In this document: positions 20,301 through 29,485 of the stretch, piece after piece
Layout: every line of letters begins with the position of its first letter
Numbering within the stretch: position 1 is the first letter of the stretch
Origin: a virus
Strand: one strand, 5' to 3'
Length of the DNA stretch: 64,000 bases
IMG/VR virus record: IMGVR_UViG_3300042463_000890
Span: 1 to 64,000 of that record
Made by a program: the position numbers and the translations under genes
The notes under the pieces: generated by a model
What the model was told of the DNA's origin: nothing
Databases searched by the model: none
The model's input: only the letters and a program-made list of their open reading frames with translations

Positions 20301-23300
20301 TGGAGCCGCCCAAAATAATCTAGCAGACCCGTCATAGACTGCTTGGTTATCATTAACTTCAATTCTTATCTTATCGTTTACAAAACATTCATTTAATGTT
20401 TGATTCAATAAAGAACCATTTGATGGCATTATATAATAAAATTGGTTATCAGGTGTTTTAACAGTTACAGACCAAGGTATTATTCTTAAATCTCTATTTA
20501 CATTACCACTATCAAATCCTTCAGGTAAATCAATTATAGCGTCTTGCACATAATTAATTGTTACCCCAGAATCTGTGATTCCACTTTGTATCGCAGAATC
20601 AGTGTATCCTGAAAAAACTTCATATCCTTGATAGAAGACATTAAAGTCATTAATTAATTTTGGGTAGAATCCTGTGTTAATTAAACTAGACAGTTCAGTA
20701 CCAATTGTGGTGTCTTTTTGTAATACAATGTCGATTGGGGCTCCGTTAATAATTAAACCATAATTTCTTGTTTTAGCGGAAGTTGTTGGGTCGAAATTTG
20801 TTGTATAAGAAGTACCAGTCCAAACTGAATCCAAGATATCAACCTCATCATTAACAAACTTTTTATATCGGTGCCAAATAGAACCTATTTTTAGAATCCA
20901 AGCGTAAGGTACTTTGTGTATTGCACCAAACTTTTTAATCGCAGCATAAATGTAATCTAAATCAGTTGCAGATGGTGGAGTCGTTTTATTATCATCTTTA
21001 AATTTTTCTCTGAGTGTTGATAATGGTAAACTATTTAAGAAAAGGTATGCCGCTTCAACAAATGGATATTCAAGGTTATCTCTAAAATTATCAACCCCTT
21101 TTTGTATTGAATTTATAAAATATGGGGTATTAAAAATTGAAGTCGTTTGGATACTACTTACATACCCAGCATAATCAACATATTTTATGTCACCTTCAGT
21201 TGGTAATTGTAAATTGTAACCTCTAGCTTCATAAAATACTTTTAAATCTGTCGTATAAGTTACATTAGGTTGATTTACCTCATTATAAATAAAATTTGTA
21301 ATAGGTCTTACTTTTTCAACCGATAAATCAGAAGGAAAACTACAAATAACTTTTTTACCTGTATCAAAGGTAAGTGTCTTAGTTGTGTTAAAACTGTTTT
21401 CGGATTTTAGAATTGTCGTACCATTAGCCAAATATTTTTTATCCCAATTACTATTAGTAAATGGAAAAATATCTAACATATCAAATTTATTTGATGTTGT
21501 TGAGTTATCAATATATTCAACAAACTCGTTTTCATTTGGTAATGAAACTAATGGTTGTGTATTAGTTTTATTAAAAAGACTAATATCTAAAAATTCAAAA
21601 CTAGAATTTTCAACTTTATTTTTAATATATTTTGTATTGAATATCCCTCTAATGTAATTTTGCCAACTCTCCCCAATTCCCTGATTTGAAAACTGTCTTA
21701 GAATTATTGTAAAATTTGTTGCGTTAAAACCATAATCTTTTAATTTTTGAATTATAAATGGATTATCGTTAGATAAACTTTTTACAATGTTTAAATTTTC
21801 ACATTCGGCTATTAAGTTTGTTATTTTATCGGAGTCAGATATTAATGTGTTAGTTCTTGATAATCTTGAGTAGAAAGATGTCAACAATATTCTTTCATAT
21901 ATTTCATAAAAATATTTTACTTCTTCTTTATTAGAGAATACATCATTACCTATAGGAAATTCAATTGCATCTAACGTAACTCGTTGTGGTTCAGTTGTTT
22001 CGTTAAAATTTGCAGTCAAATCGGCAGGTGGAAGGGTTCTTTCAACAAACCCTTTAATAAATTCTTCAACAAATTCAATTTCGGGCCACACATCATATAG
22101 ATAACCTTTAGTTCTACTAATAATACTACTATCACCAGGATATCTGATTTCATATTTTTCTTGACCATTTTCTCCTGTTGTTTCAACAATTAATTGAGGC
22201 CATGGGTATACTGGTACCTCTTCATCAACACCCGAACTTAGATTATCTTGGCTAGCCCCACCAACTTGTTTATCAAAAATAACACTCTTCCTAATTTTAT
22301 TATCTCTTTGTTCCCAAGCATCTCTATGAACATCGTCCATTAATCGTAAGAAAGCTTCACCATTAGCAAAAAACACCGCCAAAACATTTCTGATGTTAGG
22401 AATAAATCCAATACCACTATTTTTGTTTTCTAATAAATTAGACAACGCTTTTGTCAGTTCAGCTTCAATTTCTTCTCTATATGCCTTTAAAGCTTTACCC
22501 ATCTTATCAATGTAATCAACAAAAGTATTAGGACCTTCAAATACATAATAAATAACTTTAGGAGTTTTATCACCATCCGAAGTTTTTACACTAGCAGACC
22601 CTAAGTAATTTTGTTTTTGTAACTCGGCTGAAAAACTATCTAACTCTTGCTGAGAAGGTTCTTTTTTACCTTTAACAACAGTATAAGTTTGTTTTATGTC
22701 AATATCAGAAAAATTAATCTCCTTTGGAAAAATGTCGTATGATATAGGAGTAAATGGAATTGATATTTGTTTTGTTTTTCCGTTAATCGTATATTTCCCT
22801 TCCTTACCTACCGTAGGATTTTCCTCAAGTATCTTTTTATATTTTTCGATTATTTTTTTTAATTCAGGAATTGCAACTTCTTCTTGTTTTTGTTTTGATT
22901 TAAATTCTTCTTTAAAAGGATAAACTGTTGTTTTATTTTTATCGTTTAAAACAAATACATTTTTTTTATCCAAATATTTATCAATCCAAGACGAACCCGC
23001 AGCGTAGTATACTTCCTTACCAAAATTATTTAATGATTTTTGGTAATCTTCACAATAAGTTAAAGGGTCTAAATTTTCTTTTGTAAAAGAATCTAATACA
23101 TTTTTGACAAAATTTTCAATTCTGTCTTTCATTTGTATAACCGTAATTTCAGGAAAATCCTCAGGAATTAATCCTTTGGACTTATATTCGCTATACATTT
23201 CCTTAACTTTTTGATACCCTCTTTCAACAATCGCATCATCAACAGGTGAAAACTGAGAAGCGTTACCTTGTAATGTTTGTATTTTAACTCTTGATTTATA

Positions 23301-24056
23301 CATGTGAGGAGTTGCTAACAAATATCCCATACTAATTTCTTTGAGTACTGTATATTTGTAAGTGTAAAACTCTAATGTTATATCAAAATTTCCTGAATAT
23401 GAGTTATAGGAAGAGGTAAAACTATTTAACATCAATGCCAACCTAACGGCTTTACCATAAAATCCTTTAATAGTTAGATAAAAGGTTGGGTATGGTAAAT
23501 TAAAAAAGGCCGCGTATGGAGAATTATCCGCCCCTTCAAATAAGGCTCTACCTTTAATATCGACAAGTCTCACAGTAATTTTAGGGGTGAATGCCGTATT
23601 TGTTTTAATTGAGATGTTCATTATCCCTAACAACCCATTGTCAACCGCACCAGGTTTTCCACCTGAAGTTATAGTCTGTCTGATAAAAAAGTCGTCATCT
23701 TTTTTGGGGTTAGATATTGAGGTGGATTTAGGTTGATTAACTCCCTCTCCTTTAAGAGTATCTTTACCTGTTATTTCATCAGTGTAACTATTATCTAAAA
23801 ATGTTTTACCTCCAGGTTTTAAAAAGTTAATTGACGCAACCGATACTGTTTGTATCGCGTCTCTATTATCAACTCCAACCGCTAATTTTGTTCTTGGTAA
23901 AACCTTACATTCCAAATTAGCATACATAACCAAATCTTCATGTCTAACAAGGCGTTCTTTAGCCGCCCCGTTTTCGTCAATTACTTTGTTCGGGTCTATT
24001 ACAATAATGTTATTGTAATCAAATTCTACTAAAATATTTTCTTGGTTATCTGCCAT
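17367..24056 (-). CDS. Giant baseplate hub-like protein (2229 aa) with a C-terminal lysozyme-fold/glucosaminidase-like domain
   Basis: LGNAMIQPTMYFNL...GPYMILEVTHNI...FETNFTGIR resembles the gp27/late-control-D C-terminus. ALYLESG...NNFAGI...YAVF resembles GH73/lysozyme-like motifs. Follows a LysM/gp53-like gene. Confidence 0.65.
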   Translation of the reverse strand: MADNQENILVEFDYNNIIVIDPNKVIDENGAAKERLVRHEDLVMYANLECKVLPRTKLAVGVDNRDAIQTVSVASINFLKPGGKTFLDNSYTDEITGKDTLKGEGVNQPKSTSISNPKKDDDFFIRQTITSGGKPGAVDNGLLGIMNISIKTNTAFTPKITVRLVDIKGRALFEGADNSPYAAFFNLPYPTFYLTIKGFYGKAVRLALMLNSFTSSYNSYSGNFDITLEFYTYKYTVLKEISMGYLLATPHMYKSRVKIQTLQGNASQFSPVDDAIVERGYQKVKEMYSEYKSKGLIPEDFPEITVIQMKDRIENFVKNVLDSFTKENLDPLTYCEDYQKSLNNFGKEVYYAAGSSWIDKYLDKKNVFVLNDKNKTTVYPFKEEFKSKQKQEEVAIPELKKIIEKYKKILEENPTVGKEGKYTINGKTKQISIPFTPISYDIFPKEINFSDIDIKQTYTVVKGKKEPSQQELDSFSAELQKQNYLGSASVKTSDGDKTPKVIYYVFEGPNTFVDYIDKMGKALKAYREEIEAELTKALSNLLENKNSGIGFIPNIRNVLAVFFANGEAFLRLMDDVHRDAWEQRDNKIRKSVIFDKQVGGASQDNLSSGVDEEVPVYPWPQLIVETTGENGQEKYEIRYPGDSSIISRTKGYLYDVWPEIEFVEEFIKGFVERTLPPADLTANFNETTEPQRVTLDAIEFPIGNDVFSNKEEVKYFYEIYERILLTSFYSRLSRTNTLISDSDKITNLIAECENLNIVKSLSNDNPFIIQKLKDYGFNATNFTIILRQFSNQGIGESWQNYIRGIFNTKYIKNKVENSSFEFLDISLFNKTNTQPLVSLPNENEFVEYIDNSTTSNKFDMLDIFPFTNSNWDKKYLANGTTILKSENSFNTTKTLTFDTGKKVICSFPSDLSVEKVRPITNFIYNEVNQPNVTYTTDLKVFYEARGYNLQLPTEGDIKYVDYAGYVSSIQTTSIFNTPYFINSIQKGVDNFRDNLEYPFVEAAYLFLNSLPLSTLREKFKDDNKTTPPSATDLDYIYAAIKKFGAIHKVPYAWILKIGSIWHRYKKFVNDEVDILDSVWTGTSYTTNFDPTTSAKTRNYGLIINGAPIDIVLQKDTTIGTELSSLINTGFYPKLINDFNVFYQGYEVFSGYTDSAIQSGITDSGVTINYVQDAIIDLPEGFDSGNVNRDLRIIPWSVTVKTPDNQFYYIMPSNGSLLNQTLNECFVNDKIRIEVNDNQAVYDGSARLFWAAPNYGYFDNGRLRKPNPDEYMKEIFSGQSIQENFSINGIQAKYTKMSEMLSVFEKQILDLFEQEFLNFSKSIYDYEPDNSENLTETEKSFKNFQMLFRSFMKVPIVTGNTGQEIVQKLQQEQIKRMQPILKSFLTYDVIFKYGNPGNFDKKLFYTFSNLPLTDPYTWGSYTSTTPNSLPTNGGSVTLSDSQTQYPLEWAALKTYVGFSEIPELVYSNNGSYITDFFVDLNIAFTVDNVIQFSNIIKVYATQKLNQFQPDPIPPTEPPVNNPAQSVALATLYSGDTISVIQIGGGKKYTVLRNNQGTVLFEGLETIGPPTTAFYQELVNETIIDVYGALATNTGDTQYIVSFVSSPAPTYPQVPNPNSKEGLNKFYETMSNYLLGINEFIGKVINNLMPKLQTSLPNVNSVAEGQVESDLEGPATKVDLWESFKSLNDKWISGNDFSTKTFFEDVLLLDRASRNIGDKILVDIYKLKNRLTNINPKSDMMAMVESILVENHFVVMNIPSYVNFYNVQDAVKNPKPRAEGSIEFANTLFGTFMSVDYRQSSAKLVCFYGGKPSEILDIKNNVDYRYRNDVFDLRRASDNPLVEDLKNKNDWDKSNKVVGFNVDMGPQNQGVFTNFSVSQGSGVATAESLQVLNQMANQAGNRGGATQSLSLYNVYKNRSYNCSVQMLGNAMIQPTMYFNLRYVPMFSGPYMILEVTHNIGPGVFETNFTGIRQPVAALPKIDNYLQSLKNNLLKSIVEKNKEKSKDKTKDANGNVISQSNNTVSNANGGKEFTQTNTCSPTAEKYVKFVSITPTTQKLAYSIVKGTIQQLVSVGGDDGKLKYAVFVALYLESGNSTGFEAYENNFAGIDLNQYWGNQSQYFENNQQYFCLKGSDGNTKSYAVFDDLTNNVKVLIDRWRSKTSQITSIDGPNLFKFWAINFGANTSQGSSMYNQLQSQSATLSQLEAKAQKAIDIWKSMEQITPTPTPSPTP

Positions 24057-24369
24057 AATAGAAGAAGTGGTTCTCTAATTCGTTTTTATAGTCTTGTAAT
24101 GAAGCTACTAAAGGAAATGGAATTGTCAATATTGCACCATCAGGAATGTTCCATTCTTGTCCACCATAATTAGAATTCGCCACTAAAATTAACCATCCAA
24201 ACACGGGAGTATCATAATATTGTTGCGACACTTTATCTAATCTTGATTGTCCAACTTTATAAATAAATCTCTTATCAGTTGTTTTAGATGGTAAATTAAT
24301 ATAAGGAACAACAGTTTGTTGTCCATTTATTACGAAATCGGTATATCTATTATAAGTTTGTCTTGCCAT
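24046..24369 (-). CDS. LysM-like baseplate wedge protein (T4 gp53 / P2 gpX-like)
   Basis: RLDKVSQQYYDTPVFGWLILVAN...GAILTIP pattern, positioned between the tube-like baseplate gene and the hub gene. Confidence 0.8.
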   Translation of the reverse strand: MARQTYNRYTDFVINGQQTVVPYINLPSKTTDKRFIYKVGQSRLDKVSQQYYDTPVFGWLILVANSNYGGQEWNIPDGAILTIPFPLVASLQDYKNELENHFFYYGR

Positions 24370-24371
24370 TG

Positions 24372-27300
24372 TTAATCAAATTTAATTTTACCATCAAATG
24401 TTGATTTATTTGTATCAACATTAACCGTTTTATATAAATCAGAAATTAATTTCTTTTTATCATCATCAGTTGGTTGTGGTTCTGTACTATATTCAAATTT
24501 TCTAGCCTTTCCTTTAGGATACATTAATTCATCTAATCCTTCAGTAAGTTTTTTGAATTGTGTTTCTTTTTTAAGTTTTTCAAATAATTTTTCTTCTTCT
24601 TTAATTTCTTTTTCATAAGTTTTACCTAAATCGTCAACAATTTTTTCAAATTTATTCATTAATTTTACAGGGTTTTTCCAATCAACTAAATCACCTTTTA
24701 TAACATAATTAATAAATTCATTTTTTTTGTTTTTGTCAGATAAAATTCTTGCCATAAACAAATAGAAAGTTTTATCAGGAAGTGATGAAATGTCATCTTT
24801 AAATGTTATAAAATCACCAGAATTGTATGTATCGCTACCAAAGGCGATGTGATAAGGAAAGTCCCCAATTAATTTGTTAAATCCTCCAGTCCCAACAGTG
24901 ACATTTTCTAATGTTCTAAAATCATAAATCAATTCTTCATAAGTATCATTAGGAATACTTGCACTTTGTTTACTTGAATCGCTAACTTCTGTAGTTCCTG
25001 ACAGGTTATAAATTCTAGGAAGATTAGTTTCTAATAATTTACCATCAGTTTTTTGAGCTACAACATTTATTTTTCTTATTATCTGTACATAATTTTGTTC
25101 TTCAACAACAATTTCTTGGACTGTTGTTGCGACACCGTTCTTATATGTAGTCGCTAAATTTTCCAAATAAGCTTTGATATTGTTTTTAACATCTCTTATT
25201 GGTTTACTGTCATCATCTATGTTAAAAAAACTTCCTAATTTTTTTATAATAGGGTTATTGTTTGCATCAATATCATCCAAGGCAAAGGCTAATCGGTTAT
25301 CAATTTCTTTTTCCCATTCTTTAGGCTTACCATAAATTTCAATTAATACTCCTTGTCCTGGAATAGTATCTCCTGTAACAACTGTACCGCCACTAAAATC
25401 TCTAACACTATTTAATAGTTGTACAAGACCATAGTTGTATGATGAATTAATACTTTCTAATTTGTTAGTAATAAGTTCAAAATAACTTTTCGTACCATCA
25501 ATTAAATTATCCATTATTTTTTGGTAACCTATTTCACCTGTTTGTCCACTTGGTGTTGGTATGTTTGTGACAATCTCTCCTATCGTTGACCCTCCGTCAT
25601 TAGTTGATGTTGTATCCACGTTATTTTGAGTTGCGGGAGTTTGACTTGCTAATATTGCGTCAACAATTTGTTTATCTAATGCGGAAGTGTCTTCAGTCCA
25701 AACCGCTCTTTCATCATATATTTCAGTGTTACCATAATAATTAAATGATAACGCATTTTGTAATTGTTCTACAGGTCTTGCAAGTCCATGACCTCCGATA
25801 AAATCAAAACCCAGTGTAACATTCGCAATCATTGGTTGGATACCAATCCCTTCAGGATTTATATCAAAAACTAAAGGTTCATAAGTAAATGAAACAGTTT
25901 TAGGCACTATTTTAGTATGGTAGAAATCTCCAATTCTTAATACCAAAATAGGTGGAGCACCAAATGATGTATTAACCGCGTCGTTAAATTTAGGTTTACC
26001 ATCAGTACCAATTGTTGGTATTGTTTCACCAGGTCTTACACATTGATTTAAAAAAGTAAGTCTTGCGTTTAATCCTTCGGGTGTCATGGAATGGAAGACA
26101 GGATTAAAATATTTAATTTTCTCCTTTATCGTATCCAAAACCATTGGATTTGATTCTTTAATTACTTCAAAATAATCACACTCAGAAAATAAATTTCTTA
26201 ATATTTTTTTACTAATACCTTCTTTAATTTTTTTAATATAATCAACAGTTGGTTGTGGTTTTGGAACTGGTACATTTTGTTCAGGATTAGGTTGTGGTAA
26301 TACTGTAGTTGTTGTAGTTGTTGGTTGTGGAGGTAATTCAACTTTGATATCTTTAATTCTAACTCTTCTACAAGCCATTGCGTTAACTGAGTAGATTTGA
26401 GAGTTTGAATTCACAGTCCCTGTTCCACCTGTAATATTTTTAGTACAATTTACATCAAAGAAACTCTCACCACTTTCAGATTTAGGAATTGAAATCTCTT
26501 CGCCTTTTGCGTCAGTTAAAACTACTTTAAATTTTTGGCTATCGATATATTCCGCCAAATTAGCGTCACCAATCTTATATTCCTTAAAAAATTTGATAAC
26601 TGAATCGTTTCTTCTTTTAGATAAATTTTGGTTATAACTAACTGAAGCGGGTGCGGACGCGGAACCTATCATAGATAATGTTATTGTTCCTCCTTGTTTT
26701 AATATATTGAATGCTTCAACTACAAAGTTTTTATCATCTTTAGCAATCTTATTATAGTTAGATACGACTACAGAGTCGAAAAACTCTCCAACTTTTTTAG
26801 CTCTACTGCAATATTCCGAATACGTTACCGATTCTCCAGGTACTGTTCCTGTTTTTTTACAAAATGAAGAATCCTCACTAAATGTTGAATTAGCTCTATC
26901 AATATATGTTGGTTTTAATCCGATGTATGAATCAAAGGTTTGATTATATGGAACTGAAGAAGTTGTTGAATTACTATTTGGGTCGGGAATATCATTATGG
27001 AAATAAAATGACAATCCTTCGTAAGTAGACTTAAAACTAGCCGCATCAACATTATCATTTGGTGCGGTATTATTATTAGTGTTCTGAGTTCCTGTAGTAT
27101 TAATTGGGTCGTTATCTTTAGGTATCGATTTATTAATACCCGCAAGTTCTTCATCCGTCAATCTTGGATTATTTAAAATTTCCTGATATGTGAACAAATC
27201 TTTTACAGGTATAGTATTAAACTTTTTAGCTAATTCATAAATGTCATATTTAACACATCCCGCAAAAAATGAATCTATAATTGAATTAATTCTTTCTTTT

Positions 27301-29459
27301 GCCTGACCTTTTAATTGTTTTTCAATTAAAGTATTCATTACTGAAGGGTGGTCAACAATTATCTTCCAACTTATACTACCAGTTCTTGTTGAATCTTTAT
27401 AAGTATAAATTGGTTCAGGTCTACCTAAGAAACTTGTTTGTGACCAATTGGCTTGGCTTGTGTCGTTAAATTTTAAATCATATGGCGGAAACCACATAAC
27501 TCTACCTCCATTAGGACCTTTTTCACAAGTAGGTAATTCATCGTAAGTAAATCCAGGTCTGCTTGATGTCCTCCAAGCTAAGTTCTCGATTGAGAACATG
27601 TATTTTTTTGCATATCCTCCTCGTCCAACATCATTATCAGGAATGATATTAGTTGAACCAGGGTTTCTAAGTGGTGCGATGTTTAAATTATATGTATTAT
27701 CAAATACTGAGTTTGTAAACCTTCTTCCTGAAGTTGTAATACCATCTGTTTTTTGTAAATCTGCGTAAGTATAATAAGGAGTATCTTTTTGGAATACTCT
27801 ACAATACTCAATACCTGCTTCGCCACCTGTTGTATTATCAGTATAAGAAACCACTTGAGAACCTTTGGTCATTTCTTTGTACCCATCGTTAAAGACTTTA
27901 CTAACTTGATTAATCGCATTACCAACATGTTTTAATCTCGCAATTCCTGAAACATTATCTGCGGAATCAATAAGTCTTTGAGTTTGGTCTAATATTGAAC
28001 TTTGTTTAAAAGTAATATTTGTTGATTCATTACTTAAATAACTTGAACTTATTATATTAAATTCTTCATCTAAAGAACCTGAGCCTCCGCCAGGTGTTGA
28101 TTTAAACCCTGCGTTTCCTTTATATTTTGGTGAAGTCCACACGAATTGACCGTCAATACCTCCTCCATCAGTATAAGACTTCCCTTTTAAACCAAAATTA
28201 ATTTTTTCGTCATTACCTTCAAATAAAATACCCAATTCAGAAGGTCCGTATACAGGGACTTGGTCTTGTTGTCCAAATGGATTAACAGGAATTTGATTTG
28301 GTGGTGATGTAATTGTGGATGGTTCGGCATTTCTACTACCAACATAATATCCGCCAATTAGAGTTCCGTTGTCAGGATTAATAAGGTTAACTGCTAAATT
28401 AATTAACCCTTGAGCAACTCCTAATAATCCACCAAAATTTTTGTCGTACCCTGGTTGATATCTATTATAATTAATGTTTGCAAATAATGCAGACCTTTGT
28501 CCGTTACCTGTGTTAGCTAAAAATATTTGTGAAGGATTTCTTTTAATATTTAAAATAGGTCCTAAAAAACCACCTGTTAATTGATTAATAACATTAAGAG
28601 CGGTTGATGTTTGTTGAGTTTGAGCTCCATTAGCAGTGTTTTCATCAAAATAATCACCAGGGATTGGTGATACAGGCCAATAAGCTCCACCTAATCTTGT
28701 TAAAAAATCAGCGGCTGCTAATAATGGATTTTCAGGTACTGTTATCCTCCAATTTTTATATACTAATGGTTCTTGTCCTGTAACAATTAAACTAGCCTCA
28801 AAAGGGTCTGAAAGTGACTCTAAATTTACAAGACCAACTGTATTTTGGTAAATTTCAGCGTCAATTCTATCTTGGAAAAGTTTCTTTAAAGTTTGTGCAC
28901 CTAATCTGGCCAAATAAGAATCTTGAGACAATGTACCATCAGAACCTGTCGGATTATCAGATAATAAAATTTCATATGGTGAATATGATGAGGGTCTAAA
29001 AGTTGGTGGTTCCCAATAAGGTAGGTATATTTTATTGTTATTTTGAATACTGTCAATAACAACCATCTGATTGAATCCTCCTTCAGGCCCGTATATATTT
29101 TCGATATATGCAGCATCGATGTAAAATTCATTTACAATGTCTAAAATTGTATCATTTGGGTCGTACTCACCTTTGTTAGGTTCAACAGGTAATGGTGGTC
29201 CGTTATACGTTATTTCGGTATTAAACCCTCCTTCAGGTCCGTATTCGTTTAACGGATATAACTGTTGAGCAAAAACTCCATCACTAATTAATTCATCAGG
29301 AGAATCTATTACAGGACTTACTGTTAAATTTGTTTCATAGTTTACCGCTCCCGTAGGTGGTGAGAATACACCATTAACGGAATAGGGTGGCAAGTTTTTA
29401 TTAATTAAAGAATTTCTAAAACTTGATGAATTTATAAATGATAATGAACTTTCTGACAT
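24372..29459 (-). CDS. Giant baseplate/tube-initiator-like protein (1695 aa) with an inserted OmpA-like peptidoglycan-binding domain
   Basis: Tube-initiator-like segments (FPPYDLKFNDTSQANWSQTSFLGRPEPIYTY; PPILVLRIGDFY...VSFTYE...PMIANVTLGFDFIG) flank IGSASAPASVSYNQNLSKRRNDSV...GE...CRRVRI. Directly downstream of the tape measure. Confidence 0.65.
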   Translation of the reverse strand: MSESSLSFINSSSFRNSLINKNLPPYSVNGVFSPPTGAVNYETNLTVSPVIDSPDELISDGVFAQQLYPLNEYGPEGGFNTEITYNGPPLPVEPNKGEYDPNDTILDIVNEFYIDAAYIENIYGPEGGFNQMVVIDSIQNNNKIYLPYWEPPTFRPSSYSPYEILLSDNPTGSDGTLSQDSYLARLGAQTLKKLFQDRIDAEIYQNTVGLVNLESLSDPFEASLIVTGQEPLVYKNWRITVPENPLLAAADFLTRLGGAYWPVSPIPGDYFDENTANGAQTQQTSTALNVINQLTGGFLGPILNIKRNPSQIFLANTGNGQRSALFANINYNRYQPGYDKNFGGLLGVAQGLINLAVNLINPDNGTLIGGYYVGSRNAEPSTITSPPNQIPVNPFGQQDQVPVYGPSELGILFEGNDEKINFGLKGKSYTDGGGIDGQFVWTSPKYKGNAGFKSTPGGGSGSLDEEFNIISSSYLSNESTNITFKQSSILDQTQRLIDSADNVSGIARLKHVGNAINQVSKVFNDGYKEMTKGSQVVSYTDNTTGGEAGIEYCRVFQKDTPYYTYADLQKTDGITTSGRRFTNSVFDNTYNLNIAPLRNPGSTNIIPDNDVGRGGYAKKYMFSIENLAWRTSSRPGFTYDELPTCEKGPNGGRVMWFPPYDLKFNDTSQANWSQTSFLGRPEPIYTYKDSTRTGSISWKIIVDHPSVMNTLIEKQLKGQAKERINSIIDSFFAGCVKYDIYELAKKFNTIPVKDLFTYQEILNNPRLTDEELAGINKSIPKDNDPINTTGTQNTNNNTAPNDNVDAASFKSTYEGLSFYFHNDIPDPNSNSTTSSVPYNQTFDSYIGLKPTYIDRANSTFSEDSSFCKKTGTVPGESVTYSEYCSRAKKVGEFFDSVVVSNYNKIAKDDKNFVVEAFNILKQGGTITLSMIGSASAPASVSYNQNLSKRRNDSVIKFFKEYKIGDANLAEYIDSQKFKVVLTDAKGEEISIPKSESGESFFDVNCTKNITGGTGTVNSNSQIYSVNAMACRRVRIKDIKVELPPQPTTTTTTVLPQPNPEQNVPVPKPQPTVDYIKKIKEGISKKILRNLFSECDYFEVIKESNPMVLDTIKEKIKYFNPVFHSMTPEGLNARLTFLNQCVRPGETIPTIGTDGKPKFNDAVNTSFGAPPILVLRIGDFYHTKIVPKTVSFTYEPLVFDINPEGIGIQPMIANVTLGFDFIGGHGLARPVEQLQNALSFNYYGNTEIYDERAVWTEDTSALDKQIVDAILASQTPATQNNVDTTSTNDGGSTIGEIVTNIPTPSGQTGEIGYQKIMDNLIDGTKSYFELITNKLESINSSYNYGLVQLLNSVRDFSGGTVVTGDTIPGQGVLIEIYGKPKEWEKEIDNRLAFALDDIDANNNPIIKKLGSFFNIDDDSKPIRDVKNNIKAYLENLATTYKNGVATTVQEIVVEEQNYVQIIRKINVVAQKTDGKLLETNLPRIYNLSGTTEVSDSSKQSASIPNDTYEELIYDFRTLENVTVGTGGFNKLIGDFPYHIAFGSDTYNSGDFITFKDDISSLPDKTFYLFMARILSDKNKKNEFINYVIKGDLVDWKNPVKLMNKFEKIVDDLGKTYEKEIKEEEKLFEKLKKETQFKKLTEGLDELMYPKGKARKFEYSTEPQPTDDDKKKLISDLYKTVNVDTNKSTFDGKIKFD

Positions 29460-29485
29460 TTATTTCATTTTATTATAAATAGTAA

